Made by a program: the position numbers and the translations under genes
The notes under the pieces: model-generated
Databases searched by the model: none
Told to the model about the DNA's origin: nothing
Seen by the model: only the letters and a program-made list of their open reading frames with translations
Assembly: GCA_038740615.1 (NCBI GenBank)
Contig: JAVYLQ010000007.1
Span: forward strand, 1-20,462
DNA: 20,462 nt
Direction: 5' to 3'
From: Candidatus Anstonellales archaeon
GTDB lineage: Archaea; Micrarchaeota; Micrarchaeia; Anstonellales; J096
Shown: positions 17,870-20,462 of the stretch, piece by piece
How the letters are laid out: each line of letters starts with the position of its first letter
Numbering within the stretch: the stretch's first letter is position 1

Positions 17870-19583
17870 TTTGCGATTCACCTTTCAGTTTATTAATAGA
17901 GAAAAAGTTTAAAAATCTGCCCCCACCTTTGAAGAATTTGGTTCTAAATTCAACAATATTCAATCTCCCTGCCTGGATAGAAGCTTCTAATATTACCAAT
18001 CCTATATGTAAAATGTGAAATATGATTACAAATATTAGAGATACCCACCCTATGTTGAGTAGTAAATTTATTAATTTAGCTAATATAACCCCAACAATAC
18101 CTAATATGGCCAATCTTAAGTATGATACTAAATTAGTTATCAATGAAGGGATTTCCATTATGCCTATTAATCCTTCTTCCTTTGCTATTATCAGAACTCC
18201 TAAGACAGCTATTATCAACATCCATTCCTGAAAGAACCCAGCAATATAAGAGAATACTATCGCAAGAATAGACATCCAAGATAGGCTAGTAATTATATGT
18301 CCCCAATCGGGTTCAGGGGTGAGGTGTTTAACAATATTCAGCGTATAGGCTAACATCAGATGGATAAAACCTAAGACTATTGCAAATCCCATATACTCTA
18401 ATATATGATCACCTCTATGGAATATTGTTGGTATTACATCTAATTCAAATCCTGCAAATTCATTGAATATTAGACCAAAAAGAATACTCCATATCCCTCC
18501 AACAAACCACAGAGATGACATCTGCCTTAATATTCCTTCTTTCATCCTTAGCTGAATCAATTTAGCAATTATCATAATACCTATTCCATACACAACATCC
18601 CCAACAATAAAACCAAACATGATCGGGAAGAATATATAATAGAAAATTCCAGGATCAATATCTTTGTAATTAGGAATTTCACCAAATTGATATTCCACTT
18701 GCTCAAAATCCTTAACAACTTTGGGATTGTCTATAAATACTACTGGAGAGTTCTCCAGTTTTTCATATATTATTTCTATCTTATTCCCAAAAGTATTCTC
18801 CAGAGAGCTTTTCAGATTGTTTAGATATCTATGTGGAACATAGCATTCTAACAGACCATACCCCCTACCTTTTCCAATCATTTTCTTCACATCCTCCCTA
18901 TTCAAATACACCATTATAGAGAACTTTACATTCCTTAGATACGGATCTGTTTCGATATTGTTAATCTCACTTGTTAACAATTGAATCTCTCTATTTATTT
19001 CTCTGATCTCATCTCGCATCTTATCTATCTCATCATGACTCTTAGGAACATACATCAAATCCGCTCTCTCCGGAATTATTACTTGCTTGTTCTGATCAGC
19101 TAGTATTAGTATTAGGAATTGATTATTCGGTAATTCATATACTTCTGCAGCATCATCCAATTTTTTCAGATCAATTTCCTTCTTATTTATTCTATAAGCT
19201 ATTAATTTGTATCCAGTAGGCAATCTATCATAATTTACATAGCTCATGATGATCTCTGCATCCTCCAATCTATCAAGCAACATCTTGTATTTATCAACCA
19301 ACTCTTTTCGCTGTTTGTATAGCTCTTTAAGTCTCTTTGCCATCTGTTCTACTTTTAAATAATCTATCTCATTTACATCTAACAATTTATCCCCGGGACG
19401 AATAGTTTGCAAATCATAATCTAAACTACTAAGCAGAGAGTGTAATTCTGACACTTCATCTCTATTCTCTATTTCACTCTCCTTTATTTCAACAATACCA
19501 AGTTCATGAAGTTTCGCTATAAGCTTATCTCTTATATCATTTACAAAGAAAATTCCAACTCTATATATAGGTTCGGATCTCAT
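17862..19583 (-). CDS. atpI: A/V-type ATP synthase subunit I (a)
   Basis: LHELG.VEI, coiled-coil N-domain, P.YK.IDP...FFP.MFGFIVGD..YG, essential Arg in SYLRL, IQ..RL..VEF..KFF.GGG. ATG 19583 preferred to TTG 19586. Confidence 0.96.
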   Translation of the reverse strand: MRSEPIYRVGIFFVNDIRDKLIAKLHELGIVEIKESEIENRDEVSELHSLLSSLDYDLQTIRPGDKLLDVNEIDYLKVEQMAKRLKELYKQRKELVDKYKMLLDRLEDAEIIMSYVNYDRLPTGYKLIAYRINKKEIDLKKLDDAAEVYELPNNQFLILILADQNKQVIIPERADLMYVPKSHDEIDKMRDEIREINREIQLLTSEINNIETDPYLRNVKFSIMVYLNREDVKKMIGKGRGYGLLECYVPHRYLNNLKSSLENTFGNKIEIIYEKLENSPVVFIDNPKVVKDFEQVEYQFGEIPNYKDIDPGIFYYIFFPIMFGFIVGDVVYGIGIMIIAKLIQLRMKEGILRQMSSLWFVGGIWSILFGLIFNEFAGFELDVIPTIFHRGDHILEYMGFAIVLGFIHLMLAYTLNIVKHLTPEPDWGHIITSLSWMSILAIVFSYIAGFFQEWMLIIAVLGVLIIAKEEGLIGIMEIPSLITNLVSYLRLAILGIVGVILAKLINLLLNIGWVSLIFVIIFHILHIGLVILEASIQAGRLNIVEFRTKFFKGGGRFLNFFSINKLKGESQNG

Positions 19584-19890
19584 CAAATTCCCTCTTAAAG
19601 ATTCCTATGAAAAGCTCTCCTAGCTGATCTAGATCTGGTTCCTTAAAATTTATAGATTCATAGTATATCTTCATATTCTGAGCTTTGGAGTTGTACTGTA
19701 CACTTATTCTTTCTTTGAGCTCCTCCTTCTGAGCATTAAGATACCTTTCAGATTCCTGTTTGATAGCATTCAGTTTCTCTAAATGCTCTTTGAGTAATTC
19801 TTGCTTCTTTTGCTCAAACTCTCTATCTAAGTTGTTTAACCTGTTTTCGATTTCATTCAATTTTCTGATCTTTTCACTTATGCTGTTCAC
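19561..19890 (-). CDS. atpH: A/V-type ATP synthase subunit H (G), peripheral stalk
   Basis: 109-aa charged coiled coil, first gene of the operon, overlapping atpI. Assigned from position and composition. Confidence 0.75.
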   Translation of the reverse strand: MNSISEKIRKLNEIENRLNNLDREFEQKKQELLKEHLEKLNAIKQESERYLNAQKEELKERISVQYNSKAQNMKIYYESINFKEPDLDQLGELFIGIFKREFDEIRTYI

Positions 19891-19911
19891 AGTTTTATAT
19901 TAGCAAATATT

Positions 19912-19917
19912 TTTAAA
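19912..19917 (-). promoter_or_regulatory. TATA box (TTTAAA) for the ATP synthase operon
   Basis: 21 nt upstream of GTG at 19890. Confidence 0.55.
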
Positions 19918-19945
19918 ATTCATACAAATTTTATGAAATTGTGAA

Positions 19946-20029
19946 CGCTGGGGGTGGGATTTGAACCCACGAACCCTTACGGGAAGTGGCTTAGCAGGCC
20001 ACCGCCATACCGGACTAGGCGACCCCAGC
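19946..20029 (-). tRNA. tRNA-Ser(GCT), long variable arm, CCA not encoded
   Basis: Reverse complement: acceptor GCTGGGG/CCCCAGC plus discriminator G; anticodon arm GTGGC-CTGCTAA-GCCAC; variable arm CCC-GTAA-GGG; T arm GTGGG-TTCAAAT-CCCAC. Confidence 0.97.
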
Positions 20030-20053
20030 TGAATCTTTATTTATTGTGATTAT

Positions 20054-20059
20054 TTTAAA
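20054..20059 (-). promoter_or_regulatory. TATA box (TTTAAA) for tRNA-Ser
   Basis: 24 nt upstream of the mature tRNA 5' G at 20029. Confidence 0.6.
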
Positions 20060-20215
20060 AAAGTTGATCATACGTTATATTACAAGTTAATATAATAATA
20101 TCAGATTTCTTGTTGCAAAATATGGTGGGTTAAGAGACTGATGTATTAATCACCAACAACCATAATTTAATTAGATAAACATACTAGGTGAGGAAGACTT
20201 ATTCAACAGTAATTA

Positions 20216-20413
20216 ATGAATAGGATCAGAAAAGGGGAGGATGTGAAGTTGAAGGTTGTTAAAAAAGGAGATTCTTATGAACTAGTAGAAATTACACCAG
20301 AAAATAACTATATACCTATATTAACGTTAAACTATTCTGGAAATGATGAGAATAAAAAGAAAAATCATCCAATAATTCTAGTTCTATTGATCGCTATACT
20401 CAAGAAAAGATGA
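20216..20413 (+). CDS. Small hypothetical ORF or gene remnant
   Basis: 65 aa, purine-rich with a protein-like N-half (VKLKVVKKGDSYELVEI) and a short hydrophobic tail; no family recognised. Confidence 0.35.
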   Translation: MNRIRKGEDVKLKVVKKGDSYELVEITPENNYIPILTLNYSGNDENKKKNHPIILVLLIAILKKR

Positions 20414-20462
20414 ATAATCACATTCCATCGAGTTTTGAGTTTAGATTGTATAGTTCCTTTCA

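Noticed and set aside
1097..18231. Short + strand ORFs (1097, 6431, 7252, 8545, 10052, 10669, 10875, 11114, 12390, 12759, 13957, 15120, 16611, 17791, 18022)
   Set aside because: All lie antisense to well-supported minus-strand genes and show no recognisable motifs.

Overview
AT-rich, gene-dense archaeal chromosome segment, almost all on the minus strand. A small-genome DPANN-type and possibly thermophilic archaeon is my inference from gene content, short spacers and shortened proteins; it is not shown directly. The right half is a complete A1Ao ATP synthase operon (H-I-K-E-C-F-A-B-D) behind tRNA-Ser(GCT). It continues by overlapping reading frames into a QxxRW-type GT2 glycosyltransferase, a membrane-anchored CxxC protein and the wyosine methyltransferase Taw3. 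The left half holds LemA, a stand-alone class II glutamine amidotransferase, tRNA-Gln(CTG) and an orphan Tat-type lipoprotein. It also holds a 926-aa secreted GH5-GH12-CBM2-CBM2 cellulase-like enzyme, a coupled pair of an unknown 454-aa protein and an M42-family metallopeptidase, and a lone ATP-citrate lyase beta subunit with altered ATP-grasp motifs. First genes of transcription units have a TTTAAA box 21-27 nt before the start codon (apparently leaderless), while several internal genes carry GGTG-type Shine-Dalgarno sites. I saw no CRISPR array, transposase, integrase or rRNA.
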